Below are positions 40,555 through 52,168 of a stretch of 63,568 nucleotides of DNA, piece after piece. The notes beneath the pieces were generated by a model. It did no database searches, was not told where the DNA came from, and worked only from the letters and a program-made list of their open reading frames with translations. The stretch is from positions 1,758 through 65,325 of the forward strand of contig CAYNPY010000009.1 in NCBI GenBank assembly GCA_964399195.1, given 5' to 3'. Both the position numbers and the translations under genes were made by a program. The stretch's first letter is position 1; each line of letters starts with the position of its first letter. Origin of the DNA: an uncultured Fibrobacteraceae bacterium (lineage in GTDB: Bacteria > Krumholzibacteriota > Krumholzibacteriia > LZORAL124-64-63).

Positions 40555-41313
40555 CTAGTTGCCGGTCGAGTCGGCCGGCGCGGTCGCCTTGGCCGGCATC
40601 GCGAAGGCCGCGGGATCGACCGGGACGCCGAACTCGACCGTGTCGAAGACCATGTTCATCATCACCACGTCGCCCTGGCGCGTCTCGAGCGAGAACGGCA
40701 TCACGAGGCCGCCCTGCGCGCGGAAGTCGCTGAAGTACATCTGCGACTCGATTTCCTGCTGCTCGAACTTGACCTTCGAGTTCTGCTTGAGGGGCAGGAA
40801 GGACTCGGCGTCGAGCCACAGGTCGATGACGACGTCCTGCTTGGTGTCGATGCGCAGGCGGTGCGCGGGCGTGCCCTCCACGTCCTCCTGGCCCACGTAC
40901 TCGCCCACCCAGCCGCGGGCCTCCCAGTTCTGCAACGGTCCGTCCATGTCGGCCTGCAGGCGCACGTTCTTGGTCTCGAACTCGCCCATCGGCTGCGGAT
41001 CCTGCGAGCCCGTCATCGGGTTGATCGACCAACCCGTCGTACCGTCGAAGGCCTGGACGATGTTCATGCCCATGACCGAGACCTCGATGCGCAGCAGGTT
41101 CGGGCGGGCCGTGATCATGGTGATGGGCATCTCCATGCCCTGGGTGACGATCTTGCCGGTCACTTTCTGGCTCTGCACGGCCTTCAGCGCGGCGGCGCCG
41201 CCCTGGGCGTCCAGCGCCTTGGCGACGAGTTCTTCCAGATCCATGGCAAGGGCGCCCGTCGCGGCGAGAGTCAGCGCGGCGAGCACGACGGCGGTCAGTT
41301 GACGGAGCTTCAC
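40555..41313 (-). CDS. Exported LolA-like / outer-membrane-lipoprotein-sorting-like protein
   Basis: Signal peptide, AQGGAAALKAV, QAFDGTTGW, LWLDAESFL, FSDFR...GLVMPF. GGAGG RBS. Confidence 0.65.
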   Translation of the reverse strand: MKLRQLTAVVLAALTLAATGALAMDLEELVAKALDAQGGAAALKAVQSQKVTGKIVTQGMEMPITMITARPNLLRIEVSVMGMNIVQAFDGTTGWSINPMTGSQDPQPMGEFETKNVRLQADMDGPLQNWEARGWVGEYVGQEDVEGTPAHRLRIDTKQDVVIDLWLDAESFLPLKQNSKVKFEQQEIESQMYFSDFRAQGGLVMPFSLETRQGDVVMMNMVFDTVEFGVPVDPAAFAMPAKATAPADSTGN

Positions 41314-41441
41314 GGTCCCAATCCTCCTGGGTACGGGTCGAAGGCCGGATACGCGGCGTTTGCGGGAAAGTTGCCGCCGGGCCGGCGGCGGGCGCGCCGG
41401 GTCACTACCCGGCGCCGGGGCGGTTTGTTCGGGCGCCGCAG

Positions 41442-43497
<2,056 letters not shown>

Positions 43498-43576
43498 CGC
43501 CGCGCCTCCGGTCTGCCGCGGGCCGCGCTGGGCGGCCGTCGCGAGGTCGTGGACGCGCGGACCGGGCCGGCCCGCG

Positions 43577-44284
43577 CTAATCGGCCGGCCGCGCCTGCTC
43601 CCGGGCCTCGCGGACCTCGCGGTCGAGCGCGCGCAGCCGGTCGCGTTCGCGGATGATGTTGCGGATCTTCGTGGCGATCAGGTCGATCGCCACGCGGTTG
43701 TGGCCGCCCTCGGGGATGATGATGTGCGCGTACCGCTTGCTGGGCGCCACGAACTGCAGGTGCATCGGCCGCACCACGTTCAGGTACTGGTCGACCACCG
43801 ACTCCAGCGTGCGCCCGCGCTCGCGCGTGTCGCGAAGCAGGCGGCGCAGCACGCGCTCGTCGGCGTCGACGTCGACGTAGAGCCGGATGTCCATCAGCTC
43901 GCGCAGTTCGCGCGACTCCAGGACCAGGATGCCCTCGACGAAGACGATGTCCGCGGGCTCGCAGACGGCCGTCTCCTGCAGGCGGCTGTGGATGCTGTAG
44001 TCGTAGCGCGGGATGCGCACCGCGCGGCCCTGCTGCAGTTCGTGCAGGTGCTCGACCAGCAGCGAGGTCTCGAAGGCGTCCGGGTGGTCGTAGTTGATCC
44101 GGGCGCGTTCGGCCATCGGCAGGGCGGAATTGTCCCAGTAGTAGGAATCATGATGGACGATCTGGATGGTCATGCCCGGGCAGGCCTCCCGGACCCGGTA
44201 GGCCACCGTGGTCTTGCCCGACCCGGAGCCCCCGGCCACCCCGATGATCACCGGGGGCAACGGCTTGTGTCCTGCGTCGTCCAT
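43577..44284 (-). CDS. udk: Uridine kinase
   Basis: IGVAGGSGSGKTT, DSYY, NYDHPDAF, EGIL, RVLRR..RD..ERGR, PSKRYA. Confidence 0.96.
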   Translation of the reverse strand: MDDAGHKPLPPVIIGVAGGSGSGKTTVAYRVREACPGMTIQIVHHDSYYWDNSALPMAERARINYDHPDAFETSLLVEHLHELQQGRAVRIPRYDYSIHSRLQETAVCEPADIVFVEGILVLESRELRELMDIRLYVDVDADERVLRRLLRDTRERGRTLESVVDQYLNVVRPMHLQFVAPSKRYAHIIIPEGGHNRVAIDLIATKIRNIIRERDRLRALDREVREAREQARPAD

Positions 44285-44290
44285 GGGCGC

Positions 44291-44319
44291 AAAATACCCG
44301 GTCCGCCCGGTGGTGTCAA
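44291..44319 (-). promoter_or_regulatory. Sigma70 promoter of udk(-hpt-guaB), probably leaderless
   Basis: On the minus strand: TTGACA, 17 nt spacer, TATTTT, then 6 nt, then ATG; no Shine-Dalgarno sequence. Confidence 0.7.
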
Positions 44320-44406
44320 TTTGGCGGTGCGGGCCGCCCCGCGCCGTGGACGGCGGCGGCGGCGACGGCCGCCGGCGGCCCCCGCGGCAGGCCCGCTCGG
44401 GCGCCG

Positions 44407-46584
44407 TCAGGCCCGTTCCCGCCGCAGGGACAGCGAGATCCGCCCCCGCTCGAGGTCCACCGCCGTGACCCGGGCCATCACCTTCTGGCCCACCTTCACC
44501 ACCTCGTTGGGGTCCCTCACGAAGCGGTCGGCCAGCTGGCTGATGTGGGCCAGCCCGTCCTGGTGCACGCCCACGTCGATGAAGGCGCCGAAGGTGGTCA
44601 CGTTGGTGACGATGCCGGGCACGACCTGGCCGGGCACCAGGTCGGACGGTTTCTCCACCCCCGGGGCGAAACTGAAGGCCTCGAACTGTTCGCGCGGGTC
44701 GCGGCCGGGCTTGGCCAGCTCGGCGGCGATGTCGCGCAGCGTGGGCAGGCCCACCTCGTCGGTGGCGTACTTGCGGAGATCGACGCCGGCCAGCGCCTTC
44801 TCGTCCCCCACCAGGGCGGCCACCGGGCGGCCCAGGTCCGCGGCGATGCGCTCAACGACGGGGTAGCTCTCGGGGTGGACGGCGCTGGCGTCCAGCGGCT
44901 GGTCGCCGCCGCGGATGCGCAGGAAACCGGCGGCCTGCTCGAAGGCCTTGGGGCCCAGGCGCGCCACCTTCAGGAGCTGCTTCCGGCCGCGGAAGGCGCC
45001 CTCGGCGTCGCGATGGGCCACGACCGCGGCCGCCAGCTGCGGGCCCAGGCCCGAGACGTAGGCCAGCAGCTGCGGGCTGGCGGTGTTGACGTCCACGCCG
45101 ACGGCGTTCACGCAGCTGATGACGGTGTCGTCGAGGCTGCGCTTGAGCGCGCGCTGGTCGACGTCGTGCTGGTACTGGCCCACGCCGATGCTCTTGGGGT
45201 CGATCTTGACCAGCTCGGCCAGCGGGTCCATCAGGCGGCGGCCGATGGAGACGGCGCCGCGGACGGTGACGTCGTGGTCGGGGAACTCGGCGCGGGCGAC
45301 CTCGCTGGCCGAGTAGATCGAGGCGCCCGACTCGTTGACCATCACCAGGGCCACCGACGCGGGCAGCCCCAGGCCGCGCACGAAGGCCTCGGTCTCGCGA
45401 CCGGCGGTGCCGTTGCCGATGGCGACGGCCTCGACCGCGAACCGCTGCGCCAGTTCGCGGACGATGCGCCCGGCCTCCTCGGCGGCGCGGCCGCCGGTGT
45501 GCGGATAAACGGTCGTGTGGTGCTTGAGGGCGCCCTGCTCGTCCAGCACGACCAGCTTGCAGCCGGTGCGGAACCCCGGATCCAGCGCCAGGACGCGGCG
45601 CTGGCCCAGCGGCGCCGCCAGCAGCAGTTCGCGCAGGTTGCGCGCGAAGACGCCGATGGCCTCCTCGTCGGCGCGCCTGCGCATCTCCAGGCGCACCTCG
45701 GTCTCCATCGCCACCGAGAGCAGGCGGCGCCAGCCGTCGCGCACCGCCTGCCGGACCTGATCGGCGGCGGCGCCGGCGCCGGCCGGCCCCTGCGCCGCGA
45801 CGAACGGACGCGTGGCGATGGTCAGGGCCCGCTCCTCGGGCACGGCGATCTCGAGGTGCAGGAACTTCTCGCGCTCGCCGCGGCGCATGGCCAGCACGCG
45901 GTGGCCGGGGGCCGTGCGGACGGGCTCCTGCCAGTCGAAGTAGTCGCGGAACTTGGCCCCCTCCTGCTCCTTGCCGCGCGCCACGCGCGAGATGAGCGTG
46001 CCCTGCTCCAGGTAGAGCGCCCGCAGCTCGGCCCGCACGTCGGCGTTCTCGCTCACCGTCTCGGCGATGATGTCGCGGGCGCCGGCCAACGCCTCGTCCG
46101 GGCCCGGCACCTCCTGTTCCGGGTCCACGTGCGCCTGCGCGCGCGCCAGCACCTCGGCGGCCGTCGGGCCGGCCGTGGCGCCGGCGGCCGCCGACAGCAG
46201 CCACAGCGCCAGCGGCTCCAGGCCGCGCTCGCGGGCGATGGTCGCCCGGGTGCGGCGCTTGGGCCGGTACGGCAGGTAGAGGTCCTCCAGCGCGGCCAGG
46301 GTGCCGGCCGCGGCCAGGCCGCGCCGCAGCTCGTCGGTCAGCAGCTGCCGCTCAGCGAGCGACTTGACGATGGCCTCGCGGCGCTTGTCCAGCTCGGCCA
46401 GCTGCTCGAGGCGGTCGCGCACGGCGGTGACGGCCACCTCGTCGAGCCCGCCGGTCGCCTCCTTGCGGTAGCGGCTGATGAACGGCACGGTGGCGCCGCC
46501 CGCCAGCAGCTCGGCGGCGGCCGCTACCTGGCGGGCGGGGACGTTCAGTTCGGCGGCGATGGACTGGATGTGGCCGGCGTTCAC
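44407..46584 (-). CDS. tex: Tex family S1 RNA-binding transcriptional accessory protein
   Basis: ATVPFISRYRKE.TGGLDE, LEDLYLPYRPKRRT, LDPGFRTGCK, ESGASIYSAS, IGVGQYQHD, FIDVGVHQDGL. GTG start at 46584 with GGGAG RBS. Confidence 0.95.
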   Translation of the reverse strand: MNAGHIQSIAAELNVPARQVAAAAELLAGGATVPFISRYRKEATGGLDEVAVTAVRDRLEQLAELDKRREAIVKSLAERQLLTDELRRGLAAAGTLAALEDLYLPYRPKRRTRATIARERGLEPLALWLLSAAAGATAGPTAAEVLARAQAHVDPEQEVPGPDEALAGARDIIAETVSENADVRAELRALYLEQGTLISRVARGKEQEGAKFRDYFDWQEPVRTAPGHRVLAMRRGEREKFLHLEIAVPEERALTIATRPFVAAQGPAGAGAAADQVRQAVRDGWRRLLSVAMETEVRLEMRRRADEEAIGVFARNLRELLLAAPLGQRRVLALDPGFRTGCKLVVLDEQGALKHHTTVYPHTGGRAAEEAGRIVRELAQRFAVEAVAIGNGTAGRETEAFVRGLGLPASVALVMVNESGASIYSASEVARAEFPDHDVTVRGAVSIGRRLMDPLAELVKIDPKSIGVGQYQHDVDQRALKRSLDDTVISCVNAVGVDVNTASPQLLAYVSGLGPQLAAAVVAHRDAEGAFRGRKQLLKVARLGPKAFEQAAGFLRIRGGDQPLDASAVHPESYPVVERIAADLGRPVAALVGDEKALAGVDLRKYATDEVGLPTLRDIAAELAKPGRDPREQFEAFSFAPGVEKPSDLVPGQVVPGIVTNVTTFGAFIDVGVHQDGLAHISQLADRFVRDPNEVVKVGQKVMARVTAVDLERGRISLSLRRERA

Positions 46585-46804
46585 GGAGCGCTCCCGGTGG
46601 CGTGGGTCGCGGTTGTCGCCGGCGCGCGGCCGACGGCGGGCGGGCGGCAGGATGCGCGAAGGCGGCCCTGGGCGCAAGCGGCGATCAGGCAACGCCGCCG
46701 CGCGGCCGGTTTCGGGGTGGACCGGGCCCGGGCGCCGGGCGATAATCCCCGCCCCGGCGCCCGCCCGACCCACCGGCGCCGCAACCGGAAAGGCCCGCCC
46801 GCCC

Positions 46805-48082
46805 ATGCAGAACGTGATCTCCCTTGCCGGCGTCTTCGTCCTCATGCTCATCGCCTGGCTGATCAGCGCCGACCGCCGGCGCTTCCCGTGGCGGGTCGCG
46901 GCCTGGGGCGTGGGCCTGCAGTTCGCGCTGGCCGTGCTGCTGCTGCGCACCCCCTGGGGCGAGGTCGTCTTCGGCGCCGCCCGCGACTTCATCACGCGCA
47001 TCCTCGGCTTCACGGACGCCGGCGCCTCGTTCCTGTGGGGCGGGCTCTACCGCAGCAGCCCGGAGCTGGTGGCGAACCTGGGCCCGGAGGGCGGCTACTG
47101 GCAGGTGACCAATTCCGCGACCGGCCAATTGACCACGATCGGCACCGTGTTCATCATCCATGTGCTGCCGACGATCATCTTCTTCTCCTCGCTGATGGCG
47201 GTGCTCTACCACCTGGGCGTCATGCAGCGGCTGATCGCCGGCATCGCCCGCCTCATGCAGCGGACGATGGGCACCAGCGGCAGCGAGACGCTGTCCTGCT
47301 CGGCCAACATCTTCGTGGGCCAGACCGAGGCGCCGTTCGTCATCCGCCCCTACCTGGCGACGATGACCAACAGCGAGATCATGGCCGTGATGGTGGGCGG
47401 CTTCGCCACCGTGGCGGGCGGCGTCATGGCCGCCTACGTGCGGTTCGGCATCGACGCCGGGCACCTGCTGGCGGCCAGCGTGATGTCGGCGCCGGCGGCG
47501 CTGGTCATCGCCAAGATCATGCTGCCCGAACGGGAGGTTTCGCCCACACGGGGCGCGGTCTCGCTGCAGATCCCCAAGGAATACGCCAACGTGCTGGACG
47601 CGGCGGCCGGCGGCGCCGGGGTGGGCCTGAAGCTGGCCGCCAACGTCGGCGCCATGCTGCTGGCCTTCATCTCGCTGGTGGCGATGGTCAACTGGGCGCT
47701 CGGCTTCGCGCACACCTCGCTGGGCGCGCTGCTGGGGTGGGTCTTCTCGCCCGTGGCCTGGGTCATGGGCGTGCCCTGGTCCGAGGCCGCCTCGTTCGGC
47801 TCGCTGCTGGGCACGAAGATCTCCGTCAACGAGTTCCTGGCCTACATCCAGCTGGCCGACATCAAGGCGGACGGAACCATGTCGCCGCGCAGCATCGTGA
47901 TCGCCACCTATGCGCTGTGCGGATTCGCGAACTTCGGCTCGATAGCCATCCAGATCGGCGGCATCGGCACCATCGCGCCGACGCGGCGCGCCGACGTGGC
48001 CCGCCTGGGCCTGAAGGCGATGATCGGCGGGGCGCTCGCGTCGTGGATGACGGCGGCCATCGCCGGCGTGCTGACCGGGTAG
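46805..48082 (+). CDS. nupC: Concentrative nucleoside transporter (NupC/CNT family)
   Basis: LPTIIFFS, GTSGSET...ANIFVGQTEAP, GGFATVAG, MSAPAAL, GTK...NEF, CGFANFGS. Confidence 0.92.
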   Translation: MQNVISLAGVFVLMLIAWLISADRRRFPWRVAAWGVGLQFALAVLLLRTPWGEVVFGAARDFITRILGFTDAGASFLWGGLYRSSPELVANLGPEGGYWQVTNSATGQLTTIGTVFIIHVLPTIIFFSSLMAVLYHLGVMQRLIAGIARLMQRTMGTSGSETLSCSANIFVGQTEAPFVIRPYLATMTNSEIMAVMVGGFATVAGGVMAAYVRFGIDAGHLLAASVMSAPAALVIAKIMLPEREVSPTRGAVSLQIPKEYANVLDAAAGGAGVGLKLAANVGAMLLAFISLVAMVNWALGFAHTSLGALLGWVFSPVAWVMGVPWSEAASFGSLLGTKISVNEFLAYIQLADIKADGTMSPRSIVIATYALCGFANFGSIAIQIGGIGTIAPTRRADVARLGLKAMIGGALASWMTAAIAGVLTG

Positions 48083-48089
48083 GCCCGGC

Positions 48090-48965
48090 TCACCCGGCGT
48101 CCGGGGCGACGGGAGCCGGGCGCAGGACGGCGCTGAAATCGAGGTCTCCGTCGCCGGCCGCCAGCGCCGCCGCGTACGCGTCGTGGACCGCGGCGCCGAC
48201 CCGGGGCTCCAGGCCGGCGCGCGCCGCCAGTTCGCGGGCCAGCCGCAGGTCCTTGGCCATGTGCTTGAGGGGAAAGGCCGCGGCGTAGTCGCCGGCGAGC
48301 AGGCGCGGGCCCTTGCCGCGGAACATCGGGTTCGCCAGGGCGCCCGCGTCGAGCACCTCCAGCAGCTGCGCCGGATCGAGTCCCGCCGCCCGCGCCAGCG
48401 CGAGGCCCTCGGCGAACGACGCCATCATGCCGCCCATGACCTGGTTGACCGTCAGCTTCAGCCGCGCGGCGGCGCCCGCCTCGCCCAGGAACAGGCGCCG
48501 CTTCCCCAGCAGGTCCAGCAGCGGCGCCGCCTCGTCGTACAGGGAGCGGTCGCCCGCGGCCATGATCACCAGCTGGCCCTGCTCGGCCGGCTGGCGCGAC
48601 CCGGAAACCGGCGCCTCCAGGAAGCGGGCGCCGCGCGCGCGGACGGCCGCCGCGATCGCCGCGCTGGTGTCCGCGTCGACGGTGGACATGTCGATGTAGC
48701 CGCCGCCGGGCGCCAGACCCTCGACGATGCCGCCGGGCCCGCAGGCGACGGCCCGCGCCGCGGCCGGGTCGGCGAGCATGGCGAAGACCATGTCGCAGCC
48801 GGCCGCGAGCTCAGCCGGGGACGGCGCCGCGCGCGCGCCCGCCGCGACCAGCGGCGCGCAGGCCGCCGCGGTCCGGTTCCAAACGGCCAGTTCGTGACCG
48901 CCGCGCAGCAGGTTCAGTGCCATCGGCGCGCCCATGATGCCCAGACCGGCGAAGCCCAGTCTCAT
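48090..48965 (-). CDS. Beta-hydroxyacid dehydrogenase family NAD(P)-dependent oxidoreductase
   Basis: GFAGLGIMG, WNRT, DMST, EAPVSGS, KL..N, FPLKHMAKD. Confidence 0.88.
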   Translation of the reverse strand: MRLGFAGLGIMGAPMALNLLRGGHELAVWNRTAAACAPLVAAGARAAPSPAELAAGCDMVFAMLADPAAARAVACGPGGIVEGLAPGGGYIDMSTVDADTSAAIAAAVRARGARFLEAPVSGSRQPAEQGQLVIMAAGDRSLYDEAAPLLDLLGKRRLFLGEAGAAARLKLTVNQVMGGMMASFAEGLALARAAGLDPAQLLEVLDAGALANPMFRGKGPRLLAGDYAAAFPLKHMAKDLRLARELAARAGLEPRVGAAVHDAYAAALAAGDGDLDFSAVLRPAPVAPDAG

Positions 48966-48996
48966 GCCGCCCACGCCCCTCCCGCGCCGGCGCGCG

Positions 48997-50961
48997 TCAC
49001 TCGCCCAGCAGGTGCTTGCGCCAGAACAGCACCTGCGCGGCCCCGAAGTAGTCGGCGTTCGGCTTCTTGGCGAAGCCGTGCCCCTCGTCCTTGAACATCA
49101 GGAACCACACCTCGCCGCCGGCCCCGCGCACGGCGCGCACGATCTGCTCGGCTTCGGTCCAGGGCACGCGCGGGTCGTTGTAGCCCTGCGCGACGAACAG
49201 CGGCTTCGTGATCCGGTGCGCGTTGTTCAGGGGGGCGATCTCCTCGTGGAAGGCGCGCATGGCCGGGTCGCGCTCGTCGCCGTACTCGGCCCGGCGCAGG
49301 TCGCGCCGGTAGTCCTCGGTGTTCTCCAGGAAGGTCCGGAAGCTGGAGATGCCGACGACGTCGACGCCGGCGCGGATGCGGTCGCCGTAGTCGACCATCG
49401 CCGCCAGGACCATGTAGCCGCCGTAGCTGCCGCCGGTCACGCCCACGCGGTCGGCGTCCAGGCCCGGCTGGCGGGCGATCCAGTCCAGCAGCGCGCCGAT
49501 GTCCTTCACCGAGTCCTTGCGCAGGAAGCCGTTGTCCAGCTGCAGCCAGGTCTTCCCGTAGCCCGAGGAACCGCGCACGTTCGGCACCAGCACCGCCACC
49601 TGCAGCTCGCGCAGCAGGTACTGGAAGGCGGGATTGAACACCGGCCGCGCCTGCGACTCCGGGCCGCCGTGGATGCTGATGACCACCGGCAGGCGCCGGT
49701 CGGCGGGCACGCCGGCCGGGCGGTAGTAGAAGGCGGGGATGCTGCGGCCGTCGAAACTCTCGTAGCGGATCAGCGTCGGCGCCACGAAGGCGGCCGTGTC
49801 CAGACCGCCGACCTCGCTGCGGGTCCAGCGCTCCACCGCGCCGGCCGCCAGGTCCACGACGTAGACGTCGGCGGGCGAGGTCGCCGTGTTGAGGCTGAGC
49901 GCCAGGCGGTCCCCGTCCGGGGAGAATTCCAGCCCTCCCACCTGCCCCATCGGCAGCGGCGGCAGCGGCTCGGCGCGCAGTTCCGCGGCGCGGATGACGC
50001 GCAGCACGGAGACGCCGTCCTCGTTGGTGACGTAGGCCAACCGCGAACCGTCACGGCTCTGCGCGAACCCGGTGACGTCCCAGGGGATGTCGGCGCCGAC
50101 CGTCGTCACCTCGCCCGTGGCCGGGTCGCGCCGGCGCAGGCGCACGAATTCCGACACCTCGTCCGAAAGGTACCAGAGGCCGCTGCCGTCCCTGGCGTAC
50201 TGCAGGTCCGAGACGGCGGCCCGGCCGCCGTCGACCGGCAGCATCGTCAGCTTGCCCGTGGCGACGTCCACTTCGGCCGGCTGCGACTCCTCGATGGAAA
50301 CGAAGCGGCTGACCAGCAGGCGGCCGCCGTCCCGGGAGAAGTCGTGCGCGTTCCAGGCTCCGCCTTCCTGCACCAGGAGGCGCGGCTCTCCCTGGAAATC
50401 GCGCACCCAGACGTCGGTGTCCGTGCCGTTGCGCAGCGTGCTGCTCCAGGCCAACCGCCGACCGTCGTGCGACCAGAGCGCGCCTTCGTTGCGGACCTTG
50501 GCGCCGCCCGACTGTCCCGCCGTCAGCGGCATCGTCTCGCGCGCGGCCAGGTCGTAGATATGGTGCTGGAAGATCTCGTCGGCGCCGGTGTCCTTGATGA
50601 TCAGGAAGCCCGGTCCGTGGCCGCCGTGACGGACCTTCACCCCGCGCACGGGCTCGCGGTAGAAGGTCACCTGCTCGCGGGCGCCCAACGGCCGCTCGAC
50701 GCGGTGCACCTGGGCCGTGTCGCCGAAGCGCGTCGAGATCAGGAGGCTGCCGTCGTCGAGCCAGCCCTGGAACGAGGCGCCGCGCGTGTTCTGGTAGCGG
50801 TTGAGGCTCTCGATCAGCTGCGGCGGGATCTCCGGCACGTTCTCGCTGATGCGGTTGCCGCTCTCGAGCCGGGCGACCTCGGCGCCGGCGGACGCCGGCA
50901 GGTGGACGAGGGCGGCCAAGGTCAAGGCCAGGGCCAATGCGGCGCGGATCGGTGAGGTCAT
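48997..50961 (-). CDS. Exported S9 prolyl-oligopeptidase-family serine peptidase
   Basis: Signal peptide, beta-propeller, IHGGPESQ, PNVRGSSGYG, GGSYGG, DPRV, DEGHG. Confidence 0.92.
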   Translation of the reverse strand: MTSPIRAALALALTLAALVHLPASAGAEVARLESGNRISENVPEIPPQLIESLNRYQNTRGASFQGWLDDGSLLISTRFGDTAQVHRVERPLGAREQVTFYREPVRGVKVRHGGHGPGFLIIKDTGADEIFQHHIYDLAARETMPLTAGQSGGAKVRNEGALWSHDGRRLAWSSTLRNGTDTDVWVRDFQGEPRLLVQEGGAWNAHDFSRDGGRLLVSRFVSIEESQPAEVDVATGKLTMLPVDGGRAAVSDLQYARDGSGLWYLSDEVSEFVRLRRRDPATGEVTTVGADIPWDVTGFAQSRDGSRLAYVTNEDGVSVLRVIRAAELRAEPLPPLPMGQVGGLEFSPDGDRLALSLNTATSPADVYVVDLAAGAVERWTRSEVGGLDTAAFVAPTLIRYESFDGRSIPAFYYRPAGVPADRRLPVVISIHGGPESQARPVFNPAFQYLLRELQVAVLVPNVRGSSGYGKTWLQLDNGFLRKDSVKDIGALLDWIARQPGLDADRVGVTGGSYGGYMVLAAMVDYGDRIRAGVDVVGISSFRTFLENTEDYRRDLRRAEYGDERDPAMRAFHEEIAPLNNAHRITKPLFVAQGYNDPRVPWTEAEQIVRAVRGAGGEVWFLMFKDEGHGFAKKPNADYFGAAQVLFWRKHLLGE

Positions 50962-51046
50962 GATCGCTCCTCGGTGGCGGCAAGGCGGCGCGGCCGGGTC
51001 GCGCGGAGCGATCCGGCCGGCCGCGGTCGAAGCGGGTTCGCGCGTG

Positions 51047-52168
51047 TCAGATCATCCGCACGAACCACGAGCGGTTCTTCTGCTTCACGCGGCCAAACCA
51101 TACCACCAGCGGGGCCATCACCGCCAGCAGCAGGACCCAGCCGACCAGCGAGCCCAGGACCGCGCTCTCGTGGTAGTACAGGCCGAAGCGGCGCGCCACG
51201 ACGGCCAGCAGCGGGATGTGGACGCAGTAGAAGAACAGCGGCACCCGGCCGACGTAGCCCAGCGGCCGCAGCACGCGCGAGCGGGCGTCGATCCAGCTGA
51301 AGGCCCCCACCAGCGCGATCACGGTGCCCGACAGCCACAGCTGGTGGTCCAGGCTGGGCGGGTACTTCTGCACCAGGAAGAAGGAATAGGAGAAGAAGGT
51401 GTTCCAGGCGAAGAGATTGCCGAAGCCGTGGCCCAGCCGCACGGCCCAGCCGGCGGCCACCAGCAGCAGGCCGATCGCCAGGGACCAGCGCGCGCGCCGG
51501 ACGGGATCGCGCCAGACCTCGAACCAGAAATGGGCCATGACGCTGCCGAGCAGCGCCAGCGAGAACCACGGCAGCAGCGGGTACTTGTTGAAATCGCCGG
51601 CGGTGACCAGGAACTCCATCCAGTAGTGGGCGGGGCCGTCCACGTCGTAGGGGATGCGCAGCAGAAGCGGCTGCGCCAGGAACAGGACCGCCACCACCGC
51701 CGCCCGCCACTGCCAGCGCCAGTTGGCCAGGCAGGTGACCAGGACCATGGAAAGGCCGATGGTGCCGATGATGCCCATGTGGTCGAGGCGCAGGCGGTCG
51801 AACCCGCTCCAGGACGCGTTGACCCAGACGATCTGCACGGCCACCAGGAACAGGCCGCGCTGCAGGAAGCCCCAGCGCACCGACCGCTCGCTCTCGCCCG
51901 CCCGCCGGCGGCGGTGGAACACGTAGTAGGCCATCGCCCCGTTCATCATCAGGAAGCCGGGCGCGCAGAGGTAGCCCATGTAGCGCAGCAGGAACTGCGG
52001 CGTGTTGTCGAAGAAGGGGTCGATCGGGTCCAGGCTCAGCCAGGCCGAGTTGAAGTAGTAGTTGCTGTGCCCGAGCGCCATCATCACGCCGACCAGTCCG
52101 CGGAAGGCGTCGATGTAGGAGAGGCGGCCCTGCCCGGGCGCCTTGGCGGCGTTTGCGGTCGGCTTCAT
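51047..52168 (-). CDS. DUF1624 / HGSNAT-catalytic-like multi-pass membrane acyltransferase
   Basis: YIDAFRG...MALGH, CAPGF, YPLLPW, FFLVQKYPPSL, GRVPLFFY..H. ATGA overlap with the upstream gene. Confidence 0.8.
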   Translation of the reverse strand: MKPTANAAKAPGQGRLSYIDAFRGLVGVMMALGHSNYYFNSAWLSLDPIDPFFDNTPQFLLRYMGYLCAPGFLMMNGAMAYYVFHRRRRAGESERSVRWGFLQRGLFLVAVQIVWVNASWSGFDRLRLDHMGIIGTIGLSMVLVTCLANWRWQWRAAVVAVLFLAQPLLLRIPYDVDGPAHYWMEFLVTAGDFNKYPLLPWFSLALLGSVMAHFWFEVWRDPVRRARWSLAIGLLLVAAGWAVRLGHGFGNLFAWNTFFSYSFFLVQKYPPSLDHQLWLSGTVIALVGAFSWIDARSRVLRPLGYVGRVPLFFYCVHIPLLAVVARRFGLYYHESAVLGSLVGWVLLLAVMAPLVVWFGRVKQKNRSWFVRMI

